From an uncultured Chlamydiae bacterium (lineage in GTDB: Bacteria > Chlamydiota > Chlamydiia > Chlamydiales > Parachlamydiaceae): a DNA stretch of 64,000 nt. Each line of letters opens with the position of its first letter. The first letter of the stretch is position 1. Shown piece after piece: positions 40,501 to 50,009 of this stretch. The notes beneath the pieces were generated by a model, which saw nothing but the letters and a program-made list of their open reading frames with translations, was not told the origin of the DNA and did not search any database. The translations under genes were made by a program, and so were the position numbers. The stretch is taken from contig CAVWGN010000001.1 of assembly GCA_963754655.1 (NCBI GenBank), forward strand, positions 704,001-768,000. The letters run 5' to 3'.

Positions 40501-40797
40501 GTCGTCGAAGATGGCCGTGACTTGTGAGAATCCATTGCGTGAAAGCGAACGAGTCATTTGCAGACCAGGAATTCCTGCCAATGCTGTTTCGATCACATAC
40601 GTGACTTGTTCTTCTATTTGAATGGGTGAAAAGCCGGGCAAAAGGGTATTAATTTGGACTTGATTATTGGTAATATCGGGAACGGCATCGATGGGCAAGC
40701 GTGTAAAAGAGTAAATGCCATAGCCTGCCACGAGAAGTGTAAAAAGTAAAACCCTAAAGGGATGAGAAATAGAAAATTCTAAAATCTTATTCATCAT
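37540..40797 (-). CDS. czcA: Heavy-metal efflux RND transporter, CzcA/CusA family
   Basis: LPIDAVPDIT, NLMSLGAIDFGLIVDG, EGKMFHPMA and RFRPVLMTALVASLGF motifs; substrate not established. Confidence 0.92.
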   Translation of the reverse strand: MMNKILEFSISHPFRVLLFTLLVAGYGIYSFTRLPIDAVPDITNNQVQINTLLPGFSPIQIEEQVTYVIETALAGIPGLQMTRSLSRNGFSQVTAIFDDDVNVYFARQQINERLSEIKEHLPDEAEPSMGPISTGLGEIYMWTVNFKHPNGIGAKIKTGKPGWQKGGAYLTSEGLLLKTDAEKASYLRTIQDWIIKPQLKGIQGLAGIDSIGGYVRQYHIEPNIEKMAALGLSFQRIIKTLKENNTSIGPGYIEKGGESLFVKSDERIEKLEEVETIIIANREGIPIRIRDIATVGLGKEMRTGSATENGHEVVVGTALMLIGANSRLVSQAVDAKLQVINKTLPADIQAKAVLNRTKLVNATIHTVSRNLGEGAILVISVLFAFLGYFRAALIAALVIPLSMLMTAIGMVHTKISGNLMSLGAIDFGLIVDGAIIITENCLRRLAQKQHELGRMLNFQERCQEVLIASREMIQPSVFGQGIIITVYIPILALSGVEGKMFHPMALTVIFALIGAFILSLTFVPAMIALFANGPLSEKENGLVSKLKRPYQFLLAKTLQAPWLVTTLAVMIVALSFSLFSKLGEEFVPTLDERDIAMHAMRIPSTSLTQSTEMQMEVERTLKKLPEVAYVYSKTGTAEMASDPMPPNVSDTFIILNPREEWPDPSLSKENLIEKIQEVVTQLPGNNYEFTQPIEMRFNELISGVRSDLAIKVYGDNFEKMQQTAQEIAHTLNTIPGAADVKVEQVNGLPLLDIQIDREKASLYGLNVSDALDVISVAMGGGKAGQIFEGDRRFDLIVKLPDAIREDFDSLHRLPIPLPHERRAQIQPVLLGEIAHLNITDGLNEISRENGKRFISVEANVRGTDLGSFVEMAKQEIDEKVSLPDGYWLTWGGQFENLISARNRLLLVVPLCFGLIFLLLYTAFNSFKNAFLVFTGVPLALTGGILALWLRDMPFSITASVGFIALSGIAVLNGLVLVTYINQLRQEGKELNDAIMQGALTRFRPVLMTALVASLGFIPMALATGTGAEVQKPLATVVIGGLISSTLLTLLVLPALYQLFSSPFYFMPDFFRRQRLIPQPIRVKQK

Positions 40798-42061
40798 CTT
40801 TTGCCGATTCTTTTTTCATTTCAGCTTTTAATAAAAAAGATTGATTAATGACATACTTTTCGCCTGGAAGCAATCCGGCTAGAACTTCGACATTGTCATG
40901 ATCGTTTCGGCCTAATTGAAGAGATCTTTTTTCAAAACCTTTGTCAGTGGATACGAAAGCACAGTCTATACCATCCATTTTCTGAATAGCCTGTTTAGAA
41001 ATCAAAAGAGGACAGGCAATGGAGTCAGTTGCGATATTGACTTTGACAAACATTCCGGGTCGCCAGGCTCCATGCGCATTATCTAAGAGAGCAATGGCCT
41101 TGGCTGTAAGGGTTTCATGGGCAACGACCGGGCTGACATAAATCAATCTAGCCTGTGCCGATTGATGGATGTCAGGATTAATCACCTCCACCATTTGACC
41201 TTCTTGAATGCGATGAAGATCTTTAGGATAAATTCCTGCTTCTACCCATACGTGATTGAAATCGGCGATCTCATAGATGATCGTTGTATGATCAATGTGT
41301 TCTCCTTGAGTAATATGGCGCATAATGACTGTGCCATCAATGGGAGCATAAAGGGTGTAGTAGCGTAAATTAGGATCGTGATGATTTGCTAGACGCTTGA
41401 GCTCTCCTTCCTGAATGCCCAACGCTTGCAATTTTTGAATCGCCAGTTGCAAGTTAATGCGTGCCTCATCATAGGCACTTTGAGCATTTAAGAGATCTTG
41501 GCCTGCTGAAACACCCTGACGAAAAAGCTTGTTTTCACGCTGTAAATGGGATAAAGCGAGAGTTTCTTTATTCAAAGCCATTAAATACGTCGCTTTAAAA
41601 TCGGCCATTTCTTCGCTTTCTAAAATGGCAAGGACTTCTCCTTTGCGAACATGGTTGCCAATATTTTTTCGCGCCTCTTTAGCAATGCCTGAGATCTTTG
41701 GAATGATATGGGCTAAGCAATCAGGATCAGTAGTGATTTTTCCCGTGGTCGATAAAGTTTGAAGCATGTTTCCTGAAGCTGCCATTTGAAGTTTTAATCC
41801 GGTTTTTTGGATTTGATCATTGGTGAGTTTAACAATGAGTTCTTCCTCATGATCAGTCTCATGGTCATTTTGAGGTTCTTGATCAAGAGAACGTTCTTTT
41901 TCCTCATTTTCCATTTGTTGAGAGGCTCTCTGCTGCTGCTTTTGAAGCAACAGTTTGGCAAAGGTCTTATCTACATCGATGGCATTTTCTGGGTAGAGTG
42001 TAAATAAGGCAATTGCTGCAATGACTAAAACACATAAAAGAAAAATAATCATTTTTTTCAT
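40787..42061 (-). CDS. czcB: RND periplasmic adaptor, CzcB family
   Basis: N-terminal TM, acidic/His linker, APIDGTV and WRPGMFV motifs. Confidence 0.88.
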   Translation of the reverse strand: MKKMIIFLLCVLVIAAIALFTLYPENAIDVDKTFAKLLLQKQQQRASQQMENEEKERSLDQEPQNDHETDHEEELIVKLTNDQIQKTGLKLQMAASGNMLQTLSTTGKITTDPDCLAHIIPKISGIAKEARKNIGNHVRKGEVLAILESEEMADFKATYLMALNKETLALSHLQRENKLFRQGVSAGQDLLNAQSAYDEARINLQLAIQKLQALGIQEGELKRLANHHDPNLRYYTLYAPIDGTVIMRHITQGEHIDHTTIIYEIADFNHVWVEAGIYPKDLHRIQEGQMVEVINPDIHQSAQARLIYVSPVVAHETLTAKAIALLDNAHGAWRPGMFVKVNIATDSIACPLLISKQAIQKMDGIDCAFVSTDKGFEKRSLQLGRNDHDNVEVLAGLLPGEKYVINQSFLLKAEMKKESAKDDE

Positions 42062-42068
42062 AGATAAC

Positions 42069-43364
42069 TCAATCTGTCTGGCTGGTTAAATAATCAATCT
42101 CTGCTTGCTTATTATGATAAAGCACTAAAGCTTGGATATATTTTTCTTGGGTTTCAAAGAAAAATTTTTGCGTATCCAAAACATCTCCATATTCCAATTT
42201 TCCCTCTCGGTATCCCTCTTGAGTCAGCTCAAGTGATTCTTTAGAAAGTCGCAAAGCGATGTTTTTAAGCTCTTCAGCTTCCTGATAGGTTCTGTTGAGT
42301 TCTAAATAGGCATTAGAAAGCTTGGTTTCTAAAAAAAGCCAAAGTTGCCTACCTTCATCTCCAGTCTTGAGCATATCATAATAAGCTCTTTGTATGTTGC
42401 CTTGATTGCGATTCCAAATAGGCAACGGAATGGACACACCCGCGACGGCGCCTTTATCTCCCGAATTATACGCATAGCCAAGAGTGACATACACATCGGG
42501 AATGCGAGCCGCTTTTTCCAAACGCACAGTGTGATAGGCTGCCATGTATTTATATAAAGATTGAACCACTTCCGGTTGTTCGCAGAGCTTGGCAAGATAT
42601 TCTTCTAAAGGAATAGGCGAGGAAATATCGAAAAAAGGATAAGTCACGACATCAAAATCAGGACATGGACTTGCCCATAAAAGGGCGAGACTATTCTTTG
42701 CTGCTTGAAATTCTGCAAGTGCTTTTTTGAGACTTAAATTCGCTAGTGATTGAGCAACTTTTATTTTATTTTGTTGAATAATTGAAACTTTACCAGCTTC
42801 AACTTTAGCTTTTATTAAGCGAACTTCTTCTTGGGCATTTTGTTGATGATCGATCGCAAGTTTGAGGAGTTCCTGTGCCGCAAATACACGTATAAAGGCT
42901 TTACTTAAGCGGCTTAAACGCTCTAATTTAGAGGTTTCATAACCAATCAAAGCGGCATAATATTCATAAGAAGCCACCTTGATTTGTTTTTGACGTTTGC
43001 CTCCTAATTCAATCAATTGGCTGAGAGCATAGATGTCTTGCCTTTGCTGCCATCCCTTTTCGGAGGTTTCTAAATCATAAGCAAAGTCAGGATTAGGATA
43101 GAGGCGTGCCTGTGTGACTAATCCTCTTTTCCCTTGAATATGATCTTTTGCTTGGTTAAGGATCAATGATTGATTTAAAGTCCGCTGCACTGCCGTGTCA
43201 AAATCTAAGACTCTTGGCTCATAGGACATAGCATGAGTCCTTTCATAACTCTCTAAACAACCAATACAAGAATAAAAGCACAGGATAAATAATCCCATTT
43301 GCTGTGAGCAGGCTCTTATAAAATAAAATTTTTTGTCAATTAGCATAAATAGTAAAATGAGCAA
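42069..43364 (-). CDS. czcC: TolC-family outer membrane efflux protein, CzcC-like (start uncertain)
   Basis: PNP, SQLIELGGKR and SIPLPIWNRNQG motifs; upstream of czcB and czcA. Confidence 0.85.
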   Translation of the reverse strand: MLILLFMLIDKKFYFIRACSQQMGLFILCFYSCIGCLESYERTHAMSYEPRVLDFDTAVQRTLNQSLILNQAKDHIQGKRGLVTQARLYPNPDFAYDLETSEKGWQQRQDIYALSQLIELGGKRQKQIKVASYEYYAALIGYETSKLERLSRLSKAFIRVFAAQELLKLAIDHQQNAQEEVRLIKAKVEAGKVSIIQQNKIKVAQSLANLSLKKALAEFQAAKNSLALLWASPCPDFDVVTYPFFDISSPIPLEEYLAKLCEQPEVVQSLYKYMAAYHTVRLEKAARIPDVYVTLGYAYNSGDKGAVAGVSIPLPIWNRNQGNIQRAYYDMLKTGDEGRQLWLFLETKLSNAYLELNRTYQEAEELKNIALRLSKESLELTQEGYREGKLEYGDVLDTQKFFFETQEKYIQALVLYHNKQAEIDYLTSQTD

Positions 43365-43514
43365 ATAAGTTGTGGAAATTTCTTGTCCCGATTTATTTAA
43401 TTAAGAGATGTGCCTCTTTTTTTCAATCTAAATGCTGATACAAACAAAAAAATTATTGCCTAATCGATCAAAACCTCATATGGTGGCGAGTGGATTTTAA
43501 TTCTTGATTAAAGC

Positions 43515-44720
43515 ATGGAAATAGAAAATTTTTTTCTGCAACTCTTCATTATTTTATTTGCAGCCAGGCTTTTAGGTGAGTTTGTTGCTAAATTCAAAAT
43601 CCCTTCTGTCATTGGAGAGTTATTAGCAGGTGTCCTTCTAGGGCCAAGCCTGTTTCATCTCATCGAACCGACACAGATCATCAAATTATTAGCTGAAATC
43701 GGAATTGTTCTTTTGCTTTTTGAAGTTGGGTTGGAATCAAATTTTACTCGATTGAAAAAAACAGGACTTAAACCCTTTATTGTGGCTTTAGGTGGAGTGG
43801 TTATCCCTTTTATACTGGGTTTTTGGGTTAGCTATCAATTATTTCAATTACATCTTTTGATTTCTCTTTTTATAGGGAGCACGTTAACGGCAACAAGTAT
43901 TGGAATTACGATACGAGTGCTAACAGATCTCAAAAGGCAAAAAGGGGATGAATCCCAAATTGTGCTAGGAGCCGCAGTCATTGATGACATTATTGGAATC
44001 ATTTTATTATCAGTATTATATGAATTTTCTTTAGGCCAGGGAGTCGATTATTTAGGCGTTGGCAAAATTGCTCTATTCATTGTCCTTTTTCTCTTATTAG
44101 CTCCTCTTATTGCAAAGATCATTTCTAGCATGATCAAATATTATGAAGATAAAAGTGAAATACCGGGTTTGATCGCTAGCATGACCGTTGCTTTGATTCT
44201 ATTTTTCGCTTGGCTGGCACATCAAGTGGGAGCGCCTGAGTTATTAGGGGGATTTGCAGCTGGTCTTGCTCTATCTCCACATTTTTTTTCTCCCTTGGGA
44301 AAGTTTCTGAATATTACTGAGGAGTTTTCTCATAAAATTGAAAATCAGATGAAGCCTATCATTTATCTTTTTGCGCCCATCTTTTTTGTCACAGTCGGCC
44401 TCTCTCTTAATTTACGCGAGATTAATTGGCAATCAGGCTTTATTTGGTTATTATCACTCTCTCTGATTCTTGCAGCTATTATAGGAAAACTTCTGTCAGG
44501 TTTTCTTTTATTAAAAGAAAAAAGATGGATGAAGTGGGCTATCGGTCTTGCCATGATTCCACGTGGAGAGGTGGGACTGATTTTTGCTGAATTGGGCCGA
44601 ACGAATCAGATTCTTGACAATGATCTTTATGCAGCTTTAATCATCGTTATTGCTGTCACCACCATCCTCACTCCTTTTGCCATGCGGTATTTTTATCAGC
44701 AGTACAAAGAACCTAAATAA
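43515..44720 (+). CDS. Cation:proton antiporter, CPA2/NapA-like
   Basis: VIGELLAG, LLFEVGLE, ATSIGIT, GAAVIDD and MIPRGEVG motifs. Confidence 0.92.
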   Translation: MEIENFFLQLFIILFAARLLGEFVAKFKIPSVIGELLAGVLLGPSLFHLIEPTQIIKLLAEIGIVLLLFEVGLESNFTRLKKTGLKPFIVALGGVVIPFILGFWVSYQLFQLHLLISLFIGSTLTATSIGITIRVLTDLKRQKGDESQIVLGAAVIDDIIGIILLSVLYEFSLGQGVDYLGVGKIALFIVLFLLLAPLIAKIISSMIKYYEDKSEIPGLIASMTVALILFFAWLAHQVGAPELLGGFAAGLALSPHFFSPLGKFLNITEEFSHKIENQMKPIIYLFAPIFFVTVGLSLNLREINWQSGFIWLLSLSLILAAIIGKLLSGFLLLKEKRWMKWAIGLAMIPRGEVGLIFAELGRTNQILDNDLYAALIIVIAVTTILTPFAMRYFYQQYKEPK

Positions 44721-44801
44721 GCTCAAGTTTTACAAATAATCTTCTTGAGAAATTGAATTTAAATGCATTATGATGATTTAAAAAATTAAACTAGGTAAAT
44801 T

Positions 44802-45542
44802 ATGAATACAAATTTTTTATATTATGCTTCCCCCGCTAACGAACTTCAAACTCACTATGGTGATGATTTTGAGCAACCATTTAAACACAAAATCACCACT
44901 CAATGGCCAAAAAATATTGTAGTGATTCGATTAGCTGCCATCGCAGTCTTTGGAGCTCTTTTGGTTTTGATCAGTCCGGTTTGGATTTGGCCGGTTGTAG
45001 TGATTGGCACAGTTGCTTATGCAGGTTGGACAATTTATTCTCATGTATTGCGAAAAGATCCTTTAGTTGAAATGTTCTATAAAATTGTGGGGGGAAAGGA
45101 TCAATATGATAATCTTCCAGAAATTGTTTTAGCGGGAGAAAAGACAGTTGAGGAAAATATAAACGATCTCAGTTGGAACGCTTTAGATCAACCTGCTTAT
45201 AGAGCAGAGACTAAAGATGGCCGACGAATATTTATTGTAAGAGCGTTGAGTCGCAATCCAGAACAGGATATAGGGTTTTCTGCTCAAGTGAAAACTATTT
45301 TTACATTGGTAGAAAAACTAGGACCCGCTGATCTTATATCTCCTAAAGATTTATCACCAGAGAATAACTGTCTTTTTGAATCATTAATTCATGGCCTTAA
45401 TTTACGGAAAAATGATAACACATTCCGTTCATTTAGGTTTGATTCCTCTTTTAGTGGAGGGAGTGGCTCAATTCGTAGAAAATATTTTCTTTCCTCTTTA
45501 GAAACTGACATAGCAAACGAATTTTTTGCACAAATGAGTTAA
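44802..45542 (+). CDS. Hypothetical protein with bilobed hydrophobic domain (Inc-like)
   Basis: LAAIAVFGALLVLISPVWIWPVVVIGTVAYAGWTIY hairpin after a hydrophilic N-terminus. Confidence 0.55.
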   Translation: MNTNFLYYASPANELQTHYGDDFEQPFKHKITTQWPKNIVVIRLAAIAVFGALLVLISPVWIWPVVVIGTVAYAGWTIYSHVLRKDPLVEMFYKIVGGKDQYDNLPEIVLAGEKTVEENINDLSWNALDQPAYRAETKDGRRIFIVRALSRNPEQDIGFSAQVKTIFTLVEKLGPADLISPKDLSPENNCLFESLIHGLNLRKNDNTFRSFRFDSSFSGGSGSIRRKYFLSSLETDIANEFFAQMS

Positions 45543-45706
45543 AGATGCTAGGCAATGTATGCAATCAGTCGCCTCGGCGAAGTGCTCTGGCGCTGTGAGC
45601 GGTTAATCACCGCCATACATCTTCTAAACATTGACAAGCTTTGAAAAATCTTTTATGACTCAATCAAGAATAAAAAATATCAAGTTAATTTATAAGAGGT
45701 AGATGT

Positions 45707-46369
45707 ATGCTAAAAAAAATCATTCTTGCTTTAGCACTCTTTTTATTAACAATCCAATTAGGTTACTCTGCTGGGACTGAGATTTCGCGTTCTAAAGAGG
45801 AATTATCTCACTATTTGAATGATCGCATTCAGACATCGGATAAACGTTATGCCTCCTTTTTATTGGCTTTACAGTTACTTGAAAAATGCAGTGGCAAAAC
45901 AATTGTTGAAACAGGCACAGCCAGATATGGAAATCAGCAATTTGTAGGAGATGGTGGATCGACGATTATTTTTGGAAATTGGGCTGCTCAACATCATGCC
46001 ATGCTTTATTCAGTTGATCATGCCCCTTCAAGTATTGAAAATGCAAAAAATGTCACAAAAGATTATGCCGAACATATCCAATTTTGTTGTTATGATTCTG
46101 TTCAATTTTTAAAAGAATACTCTCAGCTCATTGACTTCTTATATCTAGATAGCTATGAATATGATGTCAATCATCCTACACTTTCACAGACTCATCATTT
46201 AAATGAATTAATTGCTGCTTATCCTTGCCTTCATGAAAAAAGTATTGTGATGATAGATGATTGTGATTTGTCTGGCGGTGGCCAAGGCAAACTCGTCATC
46301 GAATTTTTGACAGATTGCGGATGGAGAGTTGCTTATAATGGTTGTCAAACTATTTTGACTCAAAATTGA
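45707..46369 (+). CDS. Class I SAM-dependent methyltransferase-like protein with signal peptide
   Basis: IVETGT, YSVD, DSVQFL, IDFLYLDS and IVMIDD motifs; MLKKIILALALF leader. Confidence 0.75.
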   Translation: MLKKIILALALFLLTIQLGYSAGTEISRSKEELSHYLNDRIQTSDKRYASFLLALQLLEKCSGKTIVETGTARYGNQQFVGDGGSTIIFGNWAAQHHAMLYSVDHAPSSIENAKNVTKDYAEHIQFCCYDSVQFLKEYSQLIDFLYLDSYEYDVNHPTLSQTHHLNELIAAYPCLHEKSIVMIDDCDLSGGGQGKLVIEFLTDCGWRVAYNGCQTILTQN

Positions 46370-46475
46370 GTTTATCATTTCGGTTCTTCCTCCTCTCGTA
46401 TTTAGTTACATGAGTTTTACCTTTTGGGTTTTAAATCCGTCCCAATAGGCTAAAACTAATGTGACCGAGTGACTA

Positions 46476-46797
46476 GGGTGTGATTAACTCTGGGAGTTTA
46501 TATTTTTTAGCAGATCGATACGAAATGGTAGAGCGGCGGTAGCCGCTTTCAGTGGGAAGCCCCGTATGAAGCGAGCTTGCGAGTGGAATGCGGGGTAGGC
46601 ATCAATAAAATATAAACCGCGGAAGCGGTGTGAGTGATCTTACGCTGCTTCCGCAGCTCAATGCTATCTTGCCTACACCCCGCATTCCGCTCGCAAGCTC
46701 GCTTCATACGGGGCTTCCCACTGAAAGCGGCTACCGCCGCCCTACCATTTCGTATCGATCTGCTAAAAAATATAAACTCCCAGAGTTAATCACACCC
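46476..46797. mobile_element. Family A, copy 3
   Basis: Full element; AGTGACTA duplicated at 46468-46475 and 46798-46805. Confidence 0.9.
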
Positions 46798-46930
46798 AGT
46801 GACTAAATACTAGATAGGGTAGGAATCTAATTGAATTTAATTTAGCAAATAATTAAAATCGCACACAAGTTAATTTAATATTTTTTAAATTAAATTTAAA
46901 AATTCATTAATAAACAATAAGAGGTCTTGG

Positions 46931-47608
46931 ATGTTCCCATCTATTCGTTATAATACTCAACAGCTACAAAACTATTTGAAAACTACCAGTGATTTTTTTT
47001 CACAAGCGATTCAAAAATACGCGAAAATTACCGCTGTTGTGTTTACAATTTTTGCTGCAATGACAGCCTTATTTTTTATTTATCGCCATTATAAAGGAAA
47101 AAAATTAGATGGCGAGAAATCAGATATTCCTTCTCCTATTAATCTCCATTCACCTGCAAAAGTTGTAGTAGATAATATCGCAGAACAAGAAGACCAAGTA
47201 AGAAGCAAAATACAAGAAATTGCTTGTTTACCACTCGCTCCTTATTCTGCTGACCGAGAAAATATTGTTTACCAAAGCGAAGATGAGATTAAAGGAAAAG
47301 GTGGGGTTTTATTAACAAAGAATTGCAATTTTATTGGTGGCGACCATTATCACGGAATTGTTGCCTTACCTGAAAAAAATGGAGGGTATTGTCTCCATTT
47401 ATGCCCAGGCGGTGGAAACATGTCTTTTACTAAAGATCAGATTGATCAACTGATGGCAGAAGCTATCAAAGAACTTGTAAAGCAAAAAATCACCATCACT
47501 GTAATTACAGGATTTATTGGACGACATCCAGGGAATACGATCACAAATTTCCAACAATGGCAAGCTGAACAGCTGGCTAACGACACTAAGCCAAAGCCTG
47601 AAATTTAA
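46931..47608 (+). CDS. Hypothetical single-TM protein
   Basis: GAGG RBS, AT-rich upstream region, one TM near residues 32-50. Confidence 0.6.
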   Translation: MFPSIRYNTQQLQNYLKTTSDFFSQAIQKYAKITAVVFTIFAAMTALFFIYRHYKGKKLDGEKSDIPSPINLHSPAKVVVDNIAEQEDQVRSKIQEIACLPLAPYSADRENIVYQSEDEIKGKGGVLLTKNCNFIGGDHYHGIVALPEKNGGYCLHLCPGGGNMSFTKDQIDQLMAEAIKELVKQKITITVITGFIGRHPGNTITNFQQWQAEQLANDTKPKPEI

Positions 47609-47660
47609 AGGTAAATGTTCGCGGTATGCATCAAAAGTCCAATTGATGCATACCATTCAA

Positions 47661-48419
47661 TCAACCACCATTAATCTTTTCCTCCGTAGGGGCCCCTTGA
47701 ATAGGCGATTGTCCCAATCCTGTTGGATCCATAATGGGAAAGGGTTGTTCCGGGCCTGTGGCAGGAGAAGGATTGGCGAGTTTGATTCCCGTGAATCCCA
47801 TAAAGGCCATGGACATGAGTCCGGACATGATGAAGGTAATTCCCATTCCCCTTAAGGCTGGGACAACATTGGCTGTGACCAATCTTTCACGAATGGCTGC
47901 AATAAGGGCAATAGCTAACCACCAGCCCAGCGCTGAGCCTAAAACATAAATCAAATTAGGCACGAAGGGATAATCACGCGTTACAGCAAAAAGGCAAGCA
48001 CCCAAGATTGCACAGTTCACTGCAATAAGAGGAAGATATAATCCTAAAGACATGTAAAGGGTGGGGGAAAACTTTTCAATGATAATTTCTAGAATTTGTG
48101 TAAAGCCTGCAATGACTGAAATGAAAAGCAAGAACTCAAGAAATCCAAGATTAATGTTGGCTGTTTGTAGCCCCAGAAATTCTAGCCAAGATAGCGCTCC
48201 CGGCCCTGTGACAAAGCGATGGACAAACCAATTGAGAATTCCTGATACAGTCAAGACAAAGACAACAGCGATTCCTAGTCCGTTAGCTGTTTTTAACTTG
48301 TTTGAACAAGCTAGATAGGTACACATGCCTAGAAAGTTAACCAACAAGAAGTTTTCAATAAAAATGGCTTGAATGAGCAAACCAAAGAGATTTAAGATTG
48401 AATAGCTACCCATCCACAT
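47661..48419 (-). CDS. nqrE: Na+-translocating NADH:quinone reductase subunit E
   Basis: FLGMCTYLA and LPLIAVNCAILG motifs; Pro-rich C-terminal tail. Confidence 0.95.
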   Translation of the reverse strand: MWMGSYSILNLFGLLIQAIFIENFLLVNFLGMCTYLACSNKLKTANGLGIAVVFVLTVSGILNWFVHRFVTGPGALSWLEFLGLQTANINLGFLEFLLFISVIAGFTQILEIIIEKFSPTLYMSLGLYLPLIAVNCAILGACLFAVTRDYPFVPNLIYVLGSALGWWLAIALIAAIRERLVTANVVPALRGMGITFIMSGLMSMAFMGFTGIKLANPSPATGPEQPFPIMDPTGLGQSPIQGAPTEEKINGG

Positions 48420-48447
48420 AGAAATGATCCTTTGTTAGGATTTTTTA

Positions 48448-49083
48448 TCAGGCATTTCCCTGAAACTTTCTCGATAAATAAATCAATCCTCCGATAATAA
48501 AAAAAGCTGCTGGAGGGCTAACCATGAGGACAAAATTGTCATAGGCATCTGGACGAGCAGATGTTGCATACCAGGATAGGGGAATAATTTGATAACCAAG
48601 TAATTGTCCAAATCCAAAGAGCTCTCGAATAAATGCAACGATAAATAAGACAATTGCATAGCCCATTCCAGCTCCCAACCCATCTAAGAAAGCGGGCAGA
48701 GGCTCGACATTTTTAGCCATCCCCTCCGTGCGGCCCATCACTATGCAGTTTGTAATAATGAGTCCGACAAACACGCTTAAAACTTTTGAAATACTAAAAA
48801 AATAGGCTTGTAGAAACTGATCAATGATAATGACAAAGACAGAAATGATAGCCAGCTGGGTAATCATTCGAACGCTATCAGGGGTAATCTTGCGCAATAA
48901 AGAGACGAAAAGCGAAGAAAAAGCAGTTACAAATGAGACCGAGAGTCCCATCGTGATAGCTACGCTAAGGCGATTGGTGACACCTAAAGCAGAGCAAATT
49001 CCCAGTACGGCAACAAGCACTTGATTGCCTGACCATAGCTGAGAAGTAAAATAAGTCGAAACAGGGGGTTTAGGTGTTGTCAT
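48448..49083 (-). CDS. nqrD: Na+-NQR subunit D
   Basis: [10 protein letters not shown] and [15 protein letters not shown] motifs. Confidence 0.95.
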   Translation of the reverse strand: MTTPKPPVSTYFTSQLWSGNQVLVAVLGICSALGVTNRLSVAITMGLSVSFVTAFSSLFVSLLRKITPDSVRMITQLAIISVFVIIIDQFLQAYFFSISKVLSVFVGLIITNCIVMGRTEGMAKNVEPLPAFLDGLGAGMGYAIVLFIVAFIRELFGFGQLLGYQIIPLSWYATSARPDAYDNFVLMVSPPAAFFIIGGLIYLSRKFQGNA

Positions 49084-50009
49084 TTTTTACCTTTTTTTTC
49101 GTCTTCTTCATGAAGGCGTATCAAGAAAGGGCGATAGGCTGCCAACACCTCTTGATAGGCATTTGTTACTCCATTACCCGTTAAGGTGGCTCCTGCCATG
49201 CCATCAACGGCACTAAGAGATTTAGGAGAATCATCCAGCACCTCTTTGACTTTACCTTTGACGACTATAATTCCCAAAGGAGCCGTTTTAAAGTTTGTTT
49301 GTCCATTAGCAGATTCTTGAAAAATGTGCTTATCCGGAAATTGACTTTGCCATTCGGGTTCGGAAATATTGGCTCCAAGCCCTGGCGTCTCCTTTTGGTC
49401 ATACCAAGAAATTCCAATGACACTATTGCCGTCAGTTTTGATAGCTAAATAGCCATAAATGGCATCCCATAATCCCATGCCATTCACGGGAATGACATAT
49501 CCTGCTACAGTCCGATTATGTTCATTTATCTGCTCATCTGGCTTGGGATTGGAAAAAATCTTATAAATGAGCTTAAAAGGCTCTTTGTAATAGCCTGTTT
49601 TGCGAAAGTCTCGCACATACTTTTCTTCATCCATACCCGCTTCATGAAAAGAAGTCGACTCTCCTTGATCATTGACTAGAAAGGCTTGAATGCGGGCACG
49701 GTAAACAGTTAGAACCTGGGCTTGATCTGGAAACAGGCGCTCATGGGAGGGTTCTAAGGCACCATTTGAGCCTGCTTTGGCCGGAACGTAATTTCCTTTG
49801 TCGTCTGGAACTTGAAAGTAGCCATAAGGACTCAAGATGCGAGCTGCAATCAACATCTGTTTACTGCGATCGAGTTCTCTTGCCATTTCTTGCGGTTCTT
49901 TTAACGCGCTAGCCAGAACTGACAAAATAGTGGCGCAAACTAAACTTAAGATAACCATGAATAGCAGAGTATAGGTGTTCTGTTGACGAGCAGTCTTAAA
50001 TTTTGACAC
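49080..50009 (-). CDS. nqrC: Na+-NQR subunit C
   Basis: [15 protein letters not shown] and [10 protein letters not shown] (FMN-Thr) motifs; likely GTG start at 50009 with AGGAG RBS (track 50072). Confidence 0.95.
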   Translation of the reverse strand: MSKFKTARQQNTYTLLFMVILSLVCATILSVLASALKEPQEMARELDRSKQMLIAARILSPYGYFQVPDDKGNYVPAKAGSNGALEPSHERLFPDQAQVLTVYRARIQAFLVNDQGESTSFHEAGMDEEKYVRDFRKTGYYKEPFKLIYKIFSNPKPDEQINEHNRTVAGYVIPVNGMGLWDAIYGYLAIKTDGNSVIGISWYDQKETPGLGANISEPEWQSQFPDKHIFQESANGQTNFKTAPLGIIVVKGKVKEVLDDSPKSLSAVDGMAGATLTGNGVTNAYQEVLAAYRPFLIRLHEEDEKKGKK

